The position numbers were made by a program, and so were the translations under genes. The notes beneath the pieces are model-generated. The model was not told where the DNA came from. It saw only the letters and a program-made list of their open reading frames with translations, and did not search any database. From positions 64,001-128,000 of the forward strand of contig JBCBZT010000013.1 of the NCBI GenBank assembly GCA_039815185.1: a stretch of DNA of 64,000 nt, written 5' to 3'. Below, piece after piece: positions 8,995 through 19,246 of this stretch (its first letter is position 1; the number at the start of each line of letters is the position of its first letter). This stretch comes from Cyanobacteria bacterium P01_A01_bin.123 (GTDB taxonomy: Bacteria; Cyanobacteriota; Cyanobacteriia; Phormidesmidales; Phormidesmidaceae).

Positions 8995-9888
8995 ATGGAG
9001 CTACGCCATCTGCGCTATTTCATAGCAGTCGCGGAAGAACTGCATTTTGGTCGTGCCGCCCAGCGGTTGCACATCGCTCAGCAGCCCCTCAGCCGCCAAA
9101 TTCGCAATTTAGAAGACGAATTAGCAACCCTACTCTTTCATCGCACTAAGCGAACCGTTCGATTAACTGAGGCTGGCCAAGCATTTCTGTATGAAGCCCA
9201 GAAAACCCTTGCTCAAGCTGAACATGCGATCGCGATCGCCCAACGGATCGGTCGGGGTGAAGCCGGACACTTACAGGTTGGGTTTACTGGCCCTATTCTC
9301 AACAGCGTTTTGCCAATGGTTGTGCGGCAATTCAAACAAAGATTTCCAGATATTCATCTCACGCTAAAACGCCTGCAAACGAATGAGCAAGTCAAAGCCT
9401 TACTAGATGGAGAACTCCACGTTGGCCTACTTCACCCACCCATTGAAACACCGCTGCTCCTACAGGACGTGATTTACCGCGAACCCTTAATTGCAGCCCT
9501 ACCCGACAGTCATCCTTTAGCCATAGATGCCCCTCACCCCATCTCTGTGAAAAATCTTGCTAACGAACCCTTTATCCTGTTTCCGAGACAAGTTGGGCCT
9601 ATTTTGTATGACGCCATCATTAGCTTTTGCCAACAGGCAGGCTTTAGCCCAAATGTGATTCAAGAAGCCTTTCCTCAACAAACGATTCTGGGTCTAGTTG
9701 CAGGTAGCCTGGGCGTTTCATTACTCCATGCTTCGAGTCAACATATCCGACAGCAAGGCGTTACGGTTAGACCCCTCTTAGAAGCCACCCCCATCCTTGA
9801 ATCGGCGATCGCGTGGCATTCAGATGTGACTCACCCGGCAGTGCCTCGATTTCTCAAGACTGTTAGGGAGCTTGCCGATCGGTTCTAG
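8995..9888 (+). CDS. LysR family transcriptional regulator
   Basis: MELRHLRYFIAVAEELHFGRAAQRLHIAQQPLSRQIRNLE HTH; divergent from the hydrolase gene. Confidence 0.95.
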   Translation: MELRHLRYFIAVAEELHFGRAAQRLHIAQQPLSRQIRNLEDELATLLFHRTKRTVRLTEAGQAFLYEAQKTLAQAEHAIAIAQRIGRGEAGHLQVGFTGPILNSVLPMVVRQFKQRFPDIHLTLKRLQTNEQVKALLDGELHVGLLHPPIETPLLLQDVIYREPLIAALPDSHPLAIDAPHPISVKNLANEPFILFPRQVGPILYDAIISFCQQAGFSPNVIQEAFPQQTILGLVAGSLGVSLLHASSQHIRQQGVTVRPLLEATPILESAIAWHSDVTHPAVPRFLKTVRELADRF

Positions 9889-9915
9889 GTATTTCGGTTC
9901 GATATCTTCCTATGG

Positions 9916-10575
9916 CTATTTCTCTACTTCAATCTGAGCGCACATCGGTTTTAGAGGACACCTCCGGCACTTAGGAAAGCGACCTTGGCAGATGTGTTTG
10001 CCAAAGGGTACGAGCAGTTGATTAATTTCCACCCAATAGGCTTTGGGGAGCTTTGTCTCTAGCGCTTTCATCGTTTTCTCGGGGGTTTTGGTCTCCACAT
10101 ATCCCCAACGATTCGTCACGCGATGCACATGGATATCTACGCTAATGCAGGGATGTCCCAAAGCTACCCCCAAGGCCAGATGGGCACATTTGGGCCCGAC
10201 GCCTTTGAATTGGGTCAGCACTTCAACATCAGCAGGCAGTTCTCCATTGAAATCACTCAGAATCTGCTGGGAAATTTGACGAATTTGCTCGGCCTTATTT
10301 TCTGGAAAGGTGGCGTCGCGGATCAGCGCCAAAATCTCTGCCACGCTTAACGTGACCGTTTCTGCTGGGGTGCGGGCACGGGCAAACAGCTTGTGAGCAA
10401 CGGGTACACTAACTTCGTCGTAAGTGCGAATCGAGATGATGCAAGCTATCAACTGTTCGTAGAGCGAATCAAACCCTTCATCTGCCAGTTGAAACATGGC
10501 GGCCTTTGGGAAGGGCTTTACGGCCTCTCGCAATAGGGGGATGGCTTTGTCGATGTCAAAGGTAGAGGGGGTCAA
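9916..10575 (-). CDS. nth: endonuclease III (HhH-GPD, 4Fe-4S)
   Basis: GVGPKCA HhH, VDIHVHRV, C-x6-C-x2-C-x5-C at the C-terminus. Confidence 0.9.
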   Translation of the reverse strand: MTPSTFDIDKAIPLLREAVKPFPKAAMFQLADEGFDSLYEQLIACIISIRTYDEVSVPVAHKLFARARTPAETVTLSVAEILALIRDATFPENKAEQIRQISQQILSDFNGELPADVEVLTQFKGVGPKCAHLALGVALGHPCISVDIHVHRVTNRWGYVETKTPEKTMKALETKLPKAYWVEINQLLVPFGKHICQGRFPKCRRCPLKPMCAQIEVEK

Positions 10576-10856
10576 GGCAGAAAGGATAGAACACCAGTTC
10601 TATGATGACGCAGTTGAATGCTTTTGCTTAGAGCAGGGGGGGGTTATTGTGCGATCGCGCTCGATAAGATTAGAACTCACATAATCCTAGTTACCTTATA
10701 CTTTTGAGCCCTGGGCTTGTCTTCCATTTTTATTATTTTTTGGAGTTGCCATCCAGTAAAAAAAGTTGCTGTATAACCACATAAAGCAAACAGCATGATT
10801 ATCGAGAGGTTTATAACTCTAAAGTGATTCATAGTGTCCTTTTGACAAATCGCATC

Positions 10857-11378
10857 TTAAAACCGCTTTAAATCATGCTGATTGGATACTTCGCGGCTAT
10901 ACTTCTCTTCAAACTCTTGAAAGCTACTAACAAAAGACCAAAGACTAGCTATATATTCAAACTCTTGTTCAAAACACTCCTGAAATGCAGGTATGTCAGT
11001 AGCATATTCACAATTCCGGCTAAGCATCACTAGCCAGTTTGGATATCCTAGATCATTACAAAGTCTTGTGAACTTGCAATCTAGAGACTTAATAGTTTCA
11101 GATTTGCTTAAATATTTTTGATAGAGTTCGACAATATGTTTGCCAATTATAAGTTGTTCATCTAATGTGGATAAGTTGCAATATTTTTCAAGAACAGCTC
11201 TGGTAAGTGGTAACACCTCTTCTCGTTTTGTTGCCGCTGCCAAAAGTATAATATCGAGGTCATTTTCCTCTTGATCAAGCTGCAATCTTTCAATGGCCCA
11301 ATCAATACAGACTTTAGGCTCATGAAGCCCGACTTTATGGAGAACGTAAATTTCTTGGAGTTGTTCGATGGCTTCCAT
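10857..11378 (-). CDS. AT-rich hypothetical protein
   Basis: 173-aa ORF, low GC, no HIP1. Confidence 0.7.
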   Translation of the reverse strand: MEAIEQLQEIYVLHKVGLHEPKVCIDWAIERLQLDQEENDLDIILLAAATKREEVLPLTRAVLEKYCNLSTLDEQLIIGKHIVELYQKYLSKSETIKSLDCKFTRLCNDLGYPNWLVMLSRNCEYATDIPAFQECFEQEFEYIASLWSFVSSFQEFEEKYSREVSNQHDLKRF

Positions 11379-11512
11379 CTAACCTATACAGCTAATTCAT
11401 TGTTAGACAATAAGGCGTATTGTCATCATATCCCTCAGGCAGTTCTGAACCTCTATAAATCCGTGCCGGAAAACTTTTGTCATTGGGAATTCAATTGGCA
11501 TCACCGCGTAGG

Positions 11513-12652
11513 TCAATCTTCTTGAAGGAACGGTAGATCAGGTAAATGATCACGACCCAAGGGCTGACCTGTATCACTTCTGTCGAGAGACATTGGAATG
11601 AATGAGCTTCTGATTGGAAAGCCCATCTCAATATTTTGTTCCCGACAGCGTTTATGTAATCGCTTAAGAAACTCGTGCCTGACAACCAGATGATCGTAAT
11701 ATTCTCGAATGCGCAGATAGACAGTCATGTCGATCGCAAATTCCCCAAATTCTTTAAACCGAATCCAAGGTTCAGAATTGGGCACCCCCCCTTCAACTTC
11801 GTTCATCACTTGATTAGCAATTTCAAGGGCGACCTGTTCAACCTGATCGAGATCGGCGTTATAGCTAATTCCTACTTCCAGAACAATTAGTGCTTCTTTG
11901 CTCGGTAGACCATAATTTTTGAAGACATTGTTGAGGATTTGGGCATTCGGTACCACTACCATATTGTCTCGAATGTCCTGCAAAATTGTGTGCCGCCATG
12001 CGATGTCAACCACGTAGCCTTCTTCTCCAGAAGCAATCTGGATATAGTCACCGACTCGAATTTTATTTGAGGTAGCCAGGTTGAGTCCTGAGAGGAAGTT
12101 GGTTAGGGTACTTTGAAAGGCTAGACCAAGAGAGACACCACCAATTCCCAGTGCAGTCAATAGAGGTGTAATAGCAATGCCTAGAGATTGCAGAATAATC
12201 AGCACACCCAATGTAAAAATCACAATTCGGGTGAGCATTTCAAATAAAGAGGTAAGACTACCTGCACCCTTCGTTTCGCTAAAGTAGCGGACGAAACCAA
12301 CGGCTAAGCGGGCAAAAATTAAGGTGCCGGAGGCAAGCGCGACAGCGAGTAGCCCTTTTTGTAAGGTAATCAGAAGGTTAGTGTCGATAGGCAGGGTCAG
12401 GATGGCTGCATAGACCCCACCGAGGACAAACCATAGGAGAATCAGCCCCCTCAGTGAATTGATAATGACATCAGCCCCACCCCATCCGATTTTTGCAGCC
12501 GCCATCTGAAGCCGCTTCAGCCCTTGACGCTCAACAACAAAGCCCAGAATAACGGTGCCTAAGATAACAACGACCGGAACAATTACACGGAAAATGTTGG
12601 TAAGGGTAAGGGATTCAAGCGCTTGGTTCACGATGTTTAGAGATCGATGCAA
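11513..12652 (-). CDS. MscS family mechanosensitive ion channel
   Basis: TM helices plus LLTALGIGGVSLGLAFQSTLTNFLSG, IRVGDYI, VPN. Start codon uncertain. Confidence 0.9.
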   Translation of the reverse strand: MHRSLNIVNQALESLTLTNIFRVIVPVVVILGTVILGFVVERQGLKRLQMAAAKIGWGGADVIINSLRGLILLWFVLGGVYAAILTLPIDTNLLITLQKGLLAVALASGTLIFARLAVGFVRYFSETKGAGSLTSLFEMLTRIVIFTLGVLIILQSLGIAITPLLTALGIGGVSLGLAFQSTLTNFLSGLNLATSNKIRVGDYIQIASGEEGYVVDIAWRHTILQDIRDNMVVVPNAQILNNVFKNYGLPSKEALIVLEVGISYNADLDQVEQVALEIANQVMNEVEGGVPNSEPWIRFKEFGEFAIDMTVYLRIREYYDHLVVRHEFLKRLHKRCREQNIEMGFPIRSSFIPMSLDRSDTGQPLGRDHLPDLPFLQED

Positions 12653-12825
12653 GGGGTAGCATCCTAGAGGAATGCTTCAATAGATACCGCGATCGCCGAT
12701 TGTTGGCAAGTTACAAATACCACGCTCCGTAATCCTAGAAACCATTACAGACGGTTGCCATTTTTTACTTCACCGCCTCGCTCCAAATGCTTGGTCGCTC
12801 CGTTGTCAACTTCAAATAAGACAAC

Positions 12826-13224
12826 TCAAGGGATTGAATCAACATGTCGTACTTGAATTTCTCTATATTCCAGGAGTAAATACACCAAACCCAATAGTGC
12901 CCCACCAAAAATTAAAAAACTGGAGAGCATAGACGAAAACTCATAATTACGATGGCTCATAAACAAGATATGTAATCCCCCATGAGCGATTAAGAAAATA
13001 CCGATTCCTAAACGGCTCCGAATACGCATTTTTTCATTGTGACTGGATACTAGGGCGATCAAAATAGCAAACAAGGGAATATGCATAAGGATAAAGGCAA
13101 TCATTCCTACCTCATCCGATAACCAACTTGTCAATGGCAATATACGCCACTCGTGATTGGGCATCGCGTCCAATTCATGGGTGAACAAAGTCCCCATCCC
13201 CAAGTAAAAGGCTATATTCTTCAT
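12826..13224 (-). CDS. small membrane protein (DUF6713-like)
   Basis: THELDAM..HEWR.LP motif, four TM segments, AT-rich. Confidence 0.7.
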   Translation of the reverse strand: MKNIAFYLGMGTLFTHELDAMPNHEWRILPLTSWLSDEVGMIAFILMHIPLFAILIALVSSHNEKMRIRSRLGIGIFLIAHGGLHILFMSHRNYEFSSMLSSFLIFGGALLGLVYLLLEYREIQVRHVDSIP

Positions 13225-13421
13225 CTTCCATTAACCCTATTCGGTAGCAGCAAGTTCTCACGAGGGCGATTAGGCTGAGAGTTTTGGCGTGGTCGCCGCG
13301 CTTACCTCACTCTATTCTGCGTTACTTGGCTCCCAACCCTTAAGCTTCTGTACAGTGCTAGCCTAAGGAGCAGGCGATCGCACCGCGATCCCTATTCGCT
13401 CCCCTACAGTCAAAACGTTCA

Positions 13422-14267
13422 ATGTGTCGATTACTGGGTTACTTGGGGCCATCCGTCTCCCTAGAGCATTTGCTCTATAAACCTGATCACTCCCTAATTG
13501 TGCAAAGCTACCAGCCCCGCGAGCTAGAAGTCGCCTTGCTCAATGCCGACGGCTTTGGGGTGGGCTGGTATCACCCCCAACGCAAAACCGCCCCCTTCAA
13601 TTACCGCAATACTCTACCCATTTGGAACGACGTTAACCTACCCCAGCTAAGCCGCTATATCGAGTCCAACTGTGTGCTGGCCTATATCCGCAGCGCCACG
13701 CCAGGACTAGCCATCGACATGAGCAACTGTCAGCCCTTTCAGCACGGCGCACTGACGTTCATTCACAACGGCTTTATTGAAAACTTTCGCCAGACGCTGT
13801 ATCGCCCCCTGCGCGATCGCTTGTGTGATACCGCCTATCACGCTATCCACGGCTTAACCGACTCAGAACATATCTTTGCCCTGCTGCTGCACGAACTAGA
13901 AACCCAACCGGGATGCTCCTTAGAAATGGCATTGAACCGGACGCTAATTCAATTAGCCAAACTAGCTGAGGAATACAACACCCGAATCGCCGCTAATATT
14001 CTGATTAGCGATGGCGATCGCTTGGTGGCCTGCCGCTTTGATACCCAGGATGATGGCCCATCATTCTACTGGCTGAGACATGCTCCTGGCCTACCCGATT
14101 CCGTCTTGTTCGCTTCAGAGCCTTTGTTTGAAGCGGATTGGGTGTCCTGTGCCCCGGCAACGATTTTTAGTGTTGATCGCAGCCTGGTGGTCAAACAACA
14201 GGCCCTTAATGCCCAGTCTACTGGAGCCCACAGCGTTGAATCTGCATCTCAAAGGAGCTTAGTGTGA
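13422..14267 (+). CDS. egtC: ergothioneine biosynthesis amidohydrolase (class II glutamine amidotransferase fold)
   Basis: N-terminal MCRLLGY, NADGFGVGWY, RSAT, HNG, TDSEH; operon with egtB and egtD. Confidence 0.9.
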   Translation: MCRLLGYLGPSVSLEHLLYKPDHSLIVQSYQPRELEVALLNADGFGVGWYHPQRKTAPFNYRNTLPIWNDVNLPQLSRYIESNCVLAYIRSATPGLAIDMSNCQPFQHGALTFIHNGFIENFRQTLYRPLRDRLCDTAYHAIHGLTDSEHIFALLLHELETQPGCSLEMALNRTLIQLAKLAEEYNTRIAANILISDGDRLVACRFDTQDDGPSFYWLRHAPGLPDSVLFASEPLFEADWVSCAPATIFSVDRSLVVKQQALNAQSTGAHSVESASQRSLV

Positions 14268-15454
14268 CCTTCGTTGAATCATCTGTTGACCGTTTTGGCC
14301 CCCCTCAGATTTCATCGACTTCCCGCAGTTTCTTAAAACAAGCCTTCACCGATTGCCGCCGTATGACCCTGGACATGGTGCAAGACTGCAATCGTGTCAC
14401 CCTCTACACCCAAGCTCATCCAGATTTCAGCCCCATTGGCTGGCATTTGGGCCACATTGCCTTTACCGAATCACTGTGGATCTTAGAACAGTTGGCGAGT
14501 CAACCCTGTCCGTTCCCTCAATATCGTCGATTATTCGCCGCTGACGGCTTGCCCAAAGCCGAGCGAGAAAAGTTGCCGGAATTAGCTGAGATTTTTGATT
14601 TCCTATCCACAGTCCGGCAACACGTATGGGATTATCTCGCGATCGCGCCTCTAGAACCTGCCCAATTACGCCTATGGCATTGGTTATTGCAGCATGAAAG
14701 CCAGCATGGCGAAACCATGGCCATGGTGATGGCCATGCATGGAGTGGGGGATCAGGGGTTAGGTAGGGACGCGATTCAGAATCCTGTGGATACGCTCCGC
14801 GAACGCATTCCCACAGACAGGAATTCCGACATCATGATTCAAATCCCAGCCGGGGAATTTGAGATGGGATATGGGGGTATTGATGCCATCGACAACGAGC
14901 GGCCAGTGCAACGGGTAACGGTAGACGCGTTTCAGATTGATCGGGCCTTGGTAACCCAGACTGCCTATCGCCAATTCATTGCCGCAGGGGGATACGATAA
15001 TGCCCAATGGTGGACGCCCGAAGGATGGGCCTGGTGCCAACAGGCACAGGTCAGACAACCGCTGTATTGGCGGGATGAGCCGGCTGACGATGCCCGCCCG
15101 GTTTGCGGCGTGAGTTGGTATGAAGCCGATGCCTATGCTCGGTTTATGGGTAAGCGGTTACCGACAGAAGCCGAGTGGGAGAAAGCCGCAAAGTGGGCGA
15201 TCGCGCAGGGGGATGAAACGGACTTCTTAGGCGATCGCTGGCAGTGGACAAACGCCTGGTTTGAACCCTACCCAAATTTTCAACCCTACCCTTATAAAGG
15301 CTATTCTCGGGTCTATTTTGATCAGGCTCACCGAGTGATGCGGGGCGGCAGTTGGGTCACGCGGCCTTGGTCGTTGCGGGCAACCTTTCGCAATTGGTAC
15401 CACCCCCATATGCAGCAAATGTTTACCGGCATCCGCTGCGCCCAGTCAATCTAA
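14264..15454 (+). CDS. egtB: ergothioneine sulfoxide synthase (DinB + FGE-sulfatase domains)
   Basis: WHLGH, HESQHGE iron motif, RLPTEAEWEKAA, RGGSW; 4-bp overlap with egtC. Confidence 0.88.
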   Translation: MTFVESSVDRFGPPQISSTSRSFLKQAFTDCRRMTLDMVQDCNRVTLYTQAHPDFSPIGWHLGHIAFTESLWILEQLASQPCPFPQYRRLFAADGLPKAEREKLPELAEIFDFLSTVRQHVWDYLAIAPLEPAQLRLWHWLLQHESQHGETMAMVMAMHGVGDQGLGRDAIQNPVDTLRERIPTDRNSDIMIQIPAGEFEMGYGGIDAIDNERPVQRVTVDAFQIDRALVTQTAYRQFIAAGGYDNAQWWTPEGWAWCQQAQVRQPLYWRDEPADDARPVCGVSWYEADAYARFMGKRLPTEAEWEKAAKWAIAQGDETDFLGDRWQWTNAWFEPYPNFQPYPYKGYSRVYFDQAHRVMRGGSWVTRPWSLRATFRNWYHPHMQQMFTGIRCAQSI

Positions 15455-15519
15455 GTCCTCCTTAAGGGAACGTTCATCCGTAAGTGTCAGAATAGTAGCG
15501 ATCCCCTGACAAAATAACT

Positions 15520-16575
15520 ATGCAAGATTCCAATGCTTCTGGGACTGTTGACCATGGGCAGTCCTCTGCTACGTCTGAAAGCCTGACACCATCGTATCTG
15601 GCCAACCGATTTACGCTAGACCTGTTGGCAGCCGATGATACGGGGCCAGATGCAGGCCAAGAGGTGATTGATGGGCTAACTCAGCGCCCCAAAGCATTGC
15701 CGCCTAAATTTTTCTATGACGATCGGGGGTCTGAGCTGTTTGAACAAATTACCCAACTGCCGGAGTATTACCTCACTCGTACTGAAACGGGGATTCTAAA
15801 ACACTCTGCCGCTGCGATCGCGACTTTAACGGGCCCCTGCGATTTGATTGAACTCGGCAGCGGTAGTTCCACCAAAACCCGATTTTTGCTCGACGCTTAC
15901 CAACAGTTGGGCCTGGCTTGCCGATATATCCCCGTAGACGTCAGCGGCGGCATTTTAGAGAGCAGTGCCAAACAGCTTTTACACGACTACCCCGATCTAC
16001 AAGTTCATGGACTGGTTGGCACCTATGAGGCAGCGTTGCAACATTTGCCGCCTGCGGCCTTGCCCAAGCGGATGATCGCCTTTATTGGCAGTACCTTAGG
16101 CAATTTATCCCCTGCTCGCTGTGCCGAATTTTTGCAGCAGGTTGCAGACGCGTTGAATCCTGGCGATTACTTTCTACTCGGTGTCGATTTGCACAAAGCC
16201 CGTGATCCGCTGGAAGCTGCCTATAACGATAGCCAGGGCATCACTGTCGACTTTAATCTCAATATGCTAAGTCATCTGAACTGGCGCTTTGGGGGCAATT
16301 TTAATTTGAGCCAGTTTGAACATCAAGCGTTTTATAACGCAGCCGAACGGCAAGTCGAAATTTACATCAAAAGCTTGATCGATCAGCAAGTGACGCTGTC
16401 GGATCTGGATTTGACTGTTGAATTTTCCGAAAATGAATGCCTGCTCAGCGAAATTTCTCGCAAGTTTGATTTAGCAACGATGCCCCAAATGCTGGGTACT
16501 CACCAGCTTAAGGTGTTAGAAAAATTCACCGATGAAAAACAGTGGTTTGGACTAATTCTCAGCCAAAAAGGGTAA
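15520..16575 (+). CDS. egtD: L-histidine N-alpha-methyltransferase
   Basis: PKFFYDDRGSELFEQITQLPEYYLTRTE, ELGSGSSTKT, AYNDSQG, EISRKF. Confidence 0.93.
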   Translation: MQDSNASGTVDHGQSSATSESLTPSYLANRFTLDLLAADDTGPDAGQEVIDGLTQRPKALPPKFFYDDRGSELFEQITQLPEYYLTRTETGILKHSAAAIATLTGPCDLIELGSGSSTKTRFLLDAYQQLGLACRYIPVDVSGGILESSAKQLLHDYPDLQVHGLVGTYEAALQHLPPAALPKRMIAFIGSTLGNLSPARCAEFLQQVADALNPGDYFLLGVDLHKARDPLEAAYNDSQGITVDFNLNMLSHLNWRFGGNFNLSQFEHQAFYNAAERQVEIYIKSLIDQQVTLSDLDLTVEFSENECLLSEISRKFDLATMPQMLGTHQLKVLEKFTDEKQWFGLILSQKG

Positions 16576-16611
16576 CTGGTATTGGACATTTTGCAGCACT
16601 CCAAATTGACT

Positions 16612-17250
16612 TTAACGGCCCAAATCATGAAGCGCGTGAATAGCATCTGTGCAGCGGTGGGTGACTTCCCAAAGTTTTTCCTTATTAGTTGAAGCTGGTG
16701 GATCTATTACCTTACCGATACGAACTGTAACGGGTGCTGAACGCGGTATGGCACTCCCTTTTTGGAAAATCTTATCCGTGCCCCATAGACTCACCGGCAA
16801 AAGCGGTACCTGAGCTTTCGCTGCAAGTAAGGCAGCCCCCAACTTAGGACTCAAAATCCGACCATCGGCAGTGCGTGTCCCTTGCAGAAAAACCCCCACG
16901 GCCCAACCTGCCTCCAACTGTTTGAGCGCCTCTCGAATCGCACTCCGATCGGCAGACCCTCGTTTTACCGGATAAGCGCCATAGAGCTGAATCGCCTGAC
17001 TTAATACAGGCACACGAAACAGCTCCTCCTTTGCCATGTATGAGACGGGGCGTCTGACACAGTTAGACACAATCGGCGGATCAAAATCGCTGGCGTGGTT
17101 AGCAACCACCAACAGTGGCCCAGTTGTGGGGACGCGATCGGCACCATAAATGCGACCGCGTAGATAGGTATGCAGAACTGGACTCACCACCGACCACTTA
17201 AACAGGTGATACAGTGCCAAACTTGCCAACGGTTCGCGGCTGGTGCTCAT
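16612..17250 (-). CDS. plsC: 1-acyl-sn-glycerol-3-phosphate acyltransferase
   Basis: NHASDFD, F.QGTR motifs; lies in the pls/fab cluster. Confidence 0.9.
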   Translation of the reverse strand: MSTSREPLASLALYHLFKWSVVSPVLHTYLRGRIYGADRVPTTGPLLVVANHASDFDPPIVSNCVRRPVSYMAKEELFRVPVLSQAIQLYGAYPVKRGSADRSAIREALKQLEAGWAVGVFLQGTRTADGRILSPKLGAALLAAKAQVPLLPVSLWGTDKIFQKGSAIPRSAPVTVRIGKVIDPPASTNKEKLWEVTHRCTDAIHALHDLGR

Positions 17251-17262
17251 CGACTGGCCCTC

Positions 17263-18147
17263 CTAGATATCTTCTATCTGGGCCAGCGTGCCTACATTGC
17301 TGAGGGAGAGATCTTTGCAGGTGCGCTTGATCAGCCCGGTTAATACATTCCCTGGTCCGACTTCGGTTACAGCTTCCATCCCCAGTTCGGGTAACTGTAA
17401 GGAAATTTCACGCCAACGGACTGGACCGGTCATTTGTTGGGTGAGATGGGCTTTGAGCTGACTCCCGTCAGTGGTGGGAGTGGGGTCAACGTTAGAGAGG
17501 ACAGGCACCGTCGCATGTTGAAATTCGACCGCTGCTAGCACTTGCTCAAACTCTCTCGCGGCTGGCGCCATTAACGGGGAATGAAAAGCACCGCTGACAT
17601 TGAGCTTGACAGCCCGCTTGGACTTGACGCTGTCAGTCACGGTAGTTACCGCTGCGGGTGTTCCTGAAATGACCACTTGGCTGGTGTTATTGTCATTGGC
17701 AAGTACCACCCCTTCAACAGCTTGAATCTTAGCTTCAAGCTCAGTGCGATTAAAGCCTATGAGGGCAACCATGGTACCCTCCGAAGCCTGGGCCATCAAT
17801 TCTGCGCGCCGTTTTACCAAGCGTAGACCTGTAGCAAATTCGTAGACCCCACTTGCATAAAGTGCTGCATATTCTCCAAGGCTGTGTCCGGCAACTAGGG
17901 AAGGCAATTTTCCCTTCGCTTTGAGGAGGTCAACCAGAATACATTCGAGGGTGTATAGGCAGGGTTGGGTATAGGGGGCGTGGGAAACTTTATCGTCTTC
18001 GTCTTGGCTAACTGCTAGTACAGACCAGCCTAAAATTTCTTCGGCCTGAGTAAACTTAGCCTTAGCTTCTGGTAATCCAGCCAGGTCGACCCCCATACCA
18101 ATGGTTTGAGAGCCTTGTCCGGGGAATACCCATGCAGTTTTGGTCAT
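17263..18147 (-). CDS. fabD: ACP S-malonyltransferase
   Basis: FPGQGSQ, GHSLGEY, VSGAFHS. Confidence 0.96.
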   Translation of the reverse strand: MTKTAWVFPGQGSQTIGMGVDLAGLPEAKAKFTQAEEILGWSVLAVSQDEDDKVSHAPYTQPCLYTLECILVDLLKAKGKLPSLVAGHSLGEYAALYASGVYEFATGLRLVKRRAELMAQASEGTMVALIGFNRTELEAKIQAVEGVVLANDNNTSQVVISGTPAAVTTVTDSVKSKRAVKLNVSGAFHSPLMAPAAREFEQVLAAVEFQHATVPVLSNVDPTPTTDGSQLKAHLTQQMTGPVRWREISLQLPELGMEAVTEVGPGNVLTGLIKRTCKDLSLSNVGTLAQIEDI

Positions 18148-18247
18148 AATCTTTACTTACTTCGCGGTGAGTCGCATTCTTCACTCTCTCAAGAAAAGGG
18201 TACTTTCTCAAGAAAAGAGACTTTAGAAAAGATGAGGATTGCTCTGC

Positions 18248-19246
18248 TTAACCCCATTCGAAGATGGCTGCACCCCAGGTTAGCCCTGCGCCAAATCCAG
18301 AACTGGCAATCACATTACCGGGTTGGATTTTGCCGCTGCGGATCGCTTCATCCAAAGCAATGGGAATGGAGGCTGCTGAGGTATTGCCGTGGCGGGCCAT
18401 ATTGCTAATGACGCGATCGCTGGGAATGTTTAATCGCTGGGCAACCGCATCTAAAATCCGCTGGTTAGCCTGATGCAAGATCATCCAGTCAATTGACTCG
18501 GTGGTCAGATTAGCCCGAAAGAGAGCCTTCTCAATCACCTCAGGGACGCGGTTGACGGCAAAACGATAAACTTCGCGACCGTTCATGGTCACTGGCGCAA
18601 AAGTGCCCTGCTGTACGGAGATGTCATCGACCAGGGGTTGGGATTCAGATTGGTAGGCCAAATTTAAACAGTTGTTCATTGTGCCGTCGCTGCACATCTC
18701 GAAACCCAACAGACGATCGCTTTCAGCGGCCTGCATCACCACTGCACCAGCCCCATCACCGAAAAGAACACAGGTGCGGCGATCGCGCCAATCTAACCAG
18801 CGAGAGAGCAAATCAGCCCCAATCACCACAATAGTTTGATAGGTCCCCGTACGAATAAATTGAGCCGCCGTAATCAACCCGAATACAAACCCAGAGCAAG
18901 CTGCTGTTAGGTCGAAAGCCACAGCCCGAGATGCACCTAGCTGCGCTTGAATTTGGCTCGCGCTGCCAAATAAGTCGTCAGGGGTTGAAGTCGCCAGTAC
19001 AATCAGATCTACGTCAGTTGGGGTGAGCCCTGCCATCGCCAGCGCTTGGCTGGCGGCCTCAGCGCCCAAAGTGCCAATGCTATCGTCTGCCTGGGCAATA
19101 TGGCGTTGGCGAATCCCGGTACGGGTCGCAATCCACTCATCAGAGGTATCAACCACCTGGCTTAAGGCATCATTGCTGAGCACAACCTTTAATCCGGCTG
19201 AACCACTGCCGGTTAGTGAGACACCGTTTCTTTGCTGATCCAACAT
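18248..19246 (-). CDS. fabH: beta-ketoacyl-ACP synthase III
   Basis: AACSGF, HQAN, GNTSAAS, GFGAGLTWG. Confidence 0.96.
   Translation of the reverse strand: MLDQQRNGVSLTGSGSAGLKVVLSNDALSQVVDTSDEWIATRTGIRQRHIAQADDSIGTLGAEAASQALAMAGLTPTDVDLIVLATSTPDDLFGSASQIQAQLGASRAVAFDLTAACSGFVFGLITAAQFIRTGTYQTIVVIGADLLSRWLDWRDRRTCVLFGDGAGAVVMQAAESDRLLGFEMCSDGTMNNCLNLAYQSESQPLVDDISVQQGTFAPVTMNGREVYRFAVNRVPEVIEKALFRANLTTESIDWMILHQANQRILDAVAQRLNIPSDRVISNMARHGNTSAASIPIALDEAIRSGKIQPGNVIASSGFGAGLTWGAAIFEWG

Noticed and set aside
12760..12825. attC-like left arm after the DUF6713-like gene
   Set aside because: No matching core sites or complementary arm could be identified.
14264..15454. Selenoneine (SenA) or ovothiol (OvoA) assignment
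   Set aside because: There are no senB/senC neighbours and no C-terminal methyltransferase domain; the egtC/egtD context favours EgtB.
18187..18232. Direct repeat TCTCAAGAAAAG x2 (19-bp period) between fabH and fabD
   Set aside because: Only two full copies; it looks like a local duplication with no supported function.
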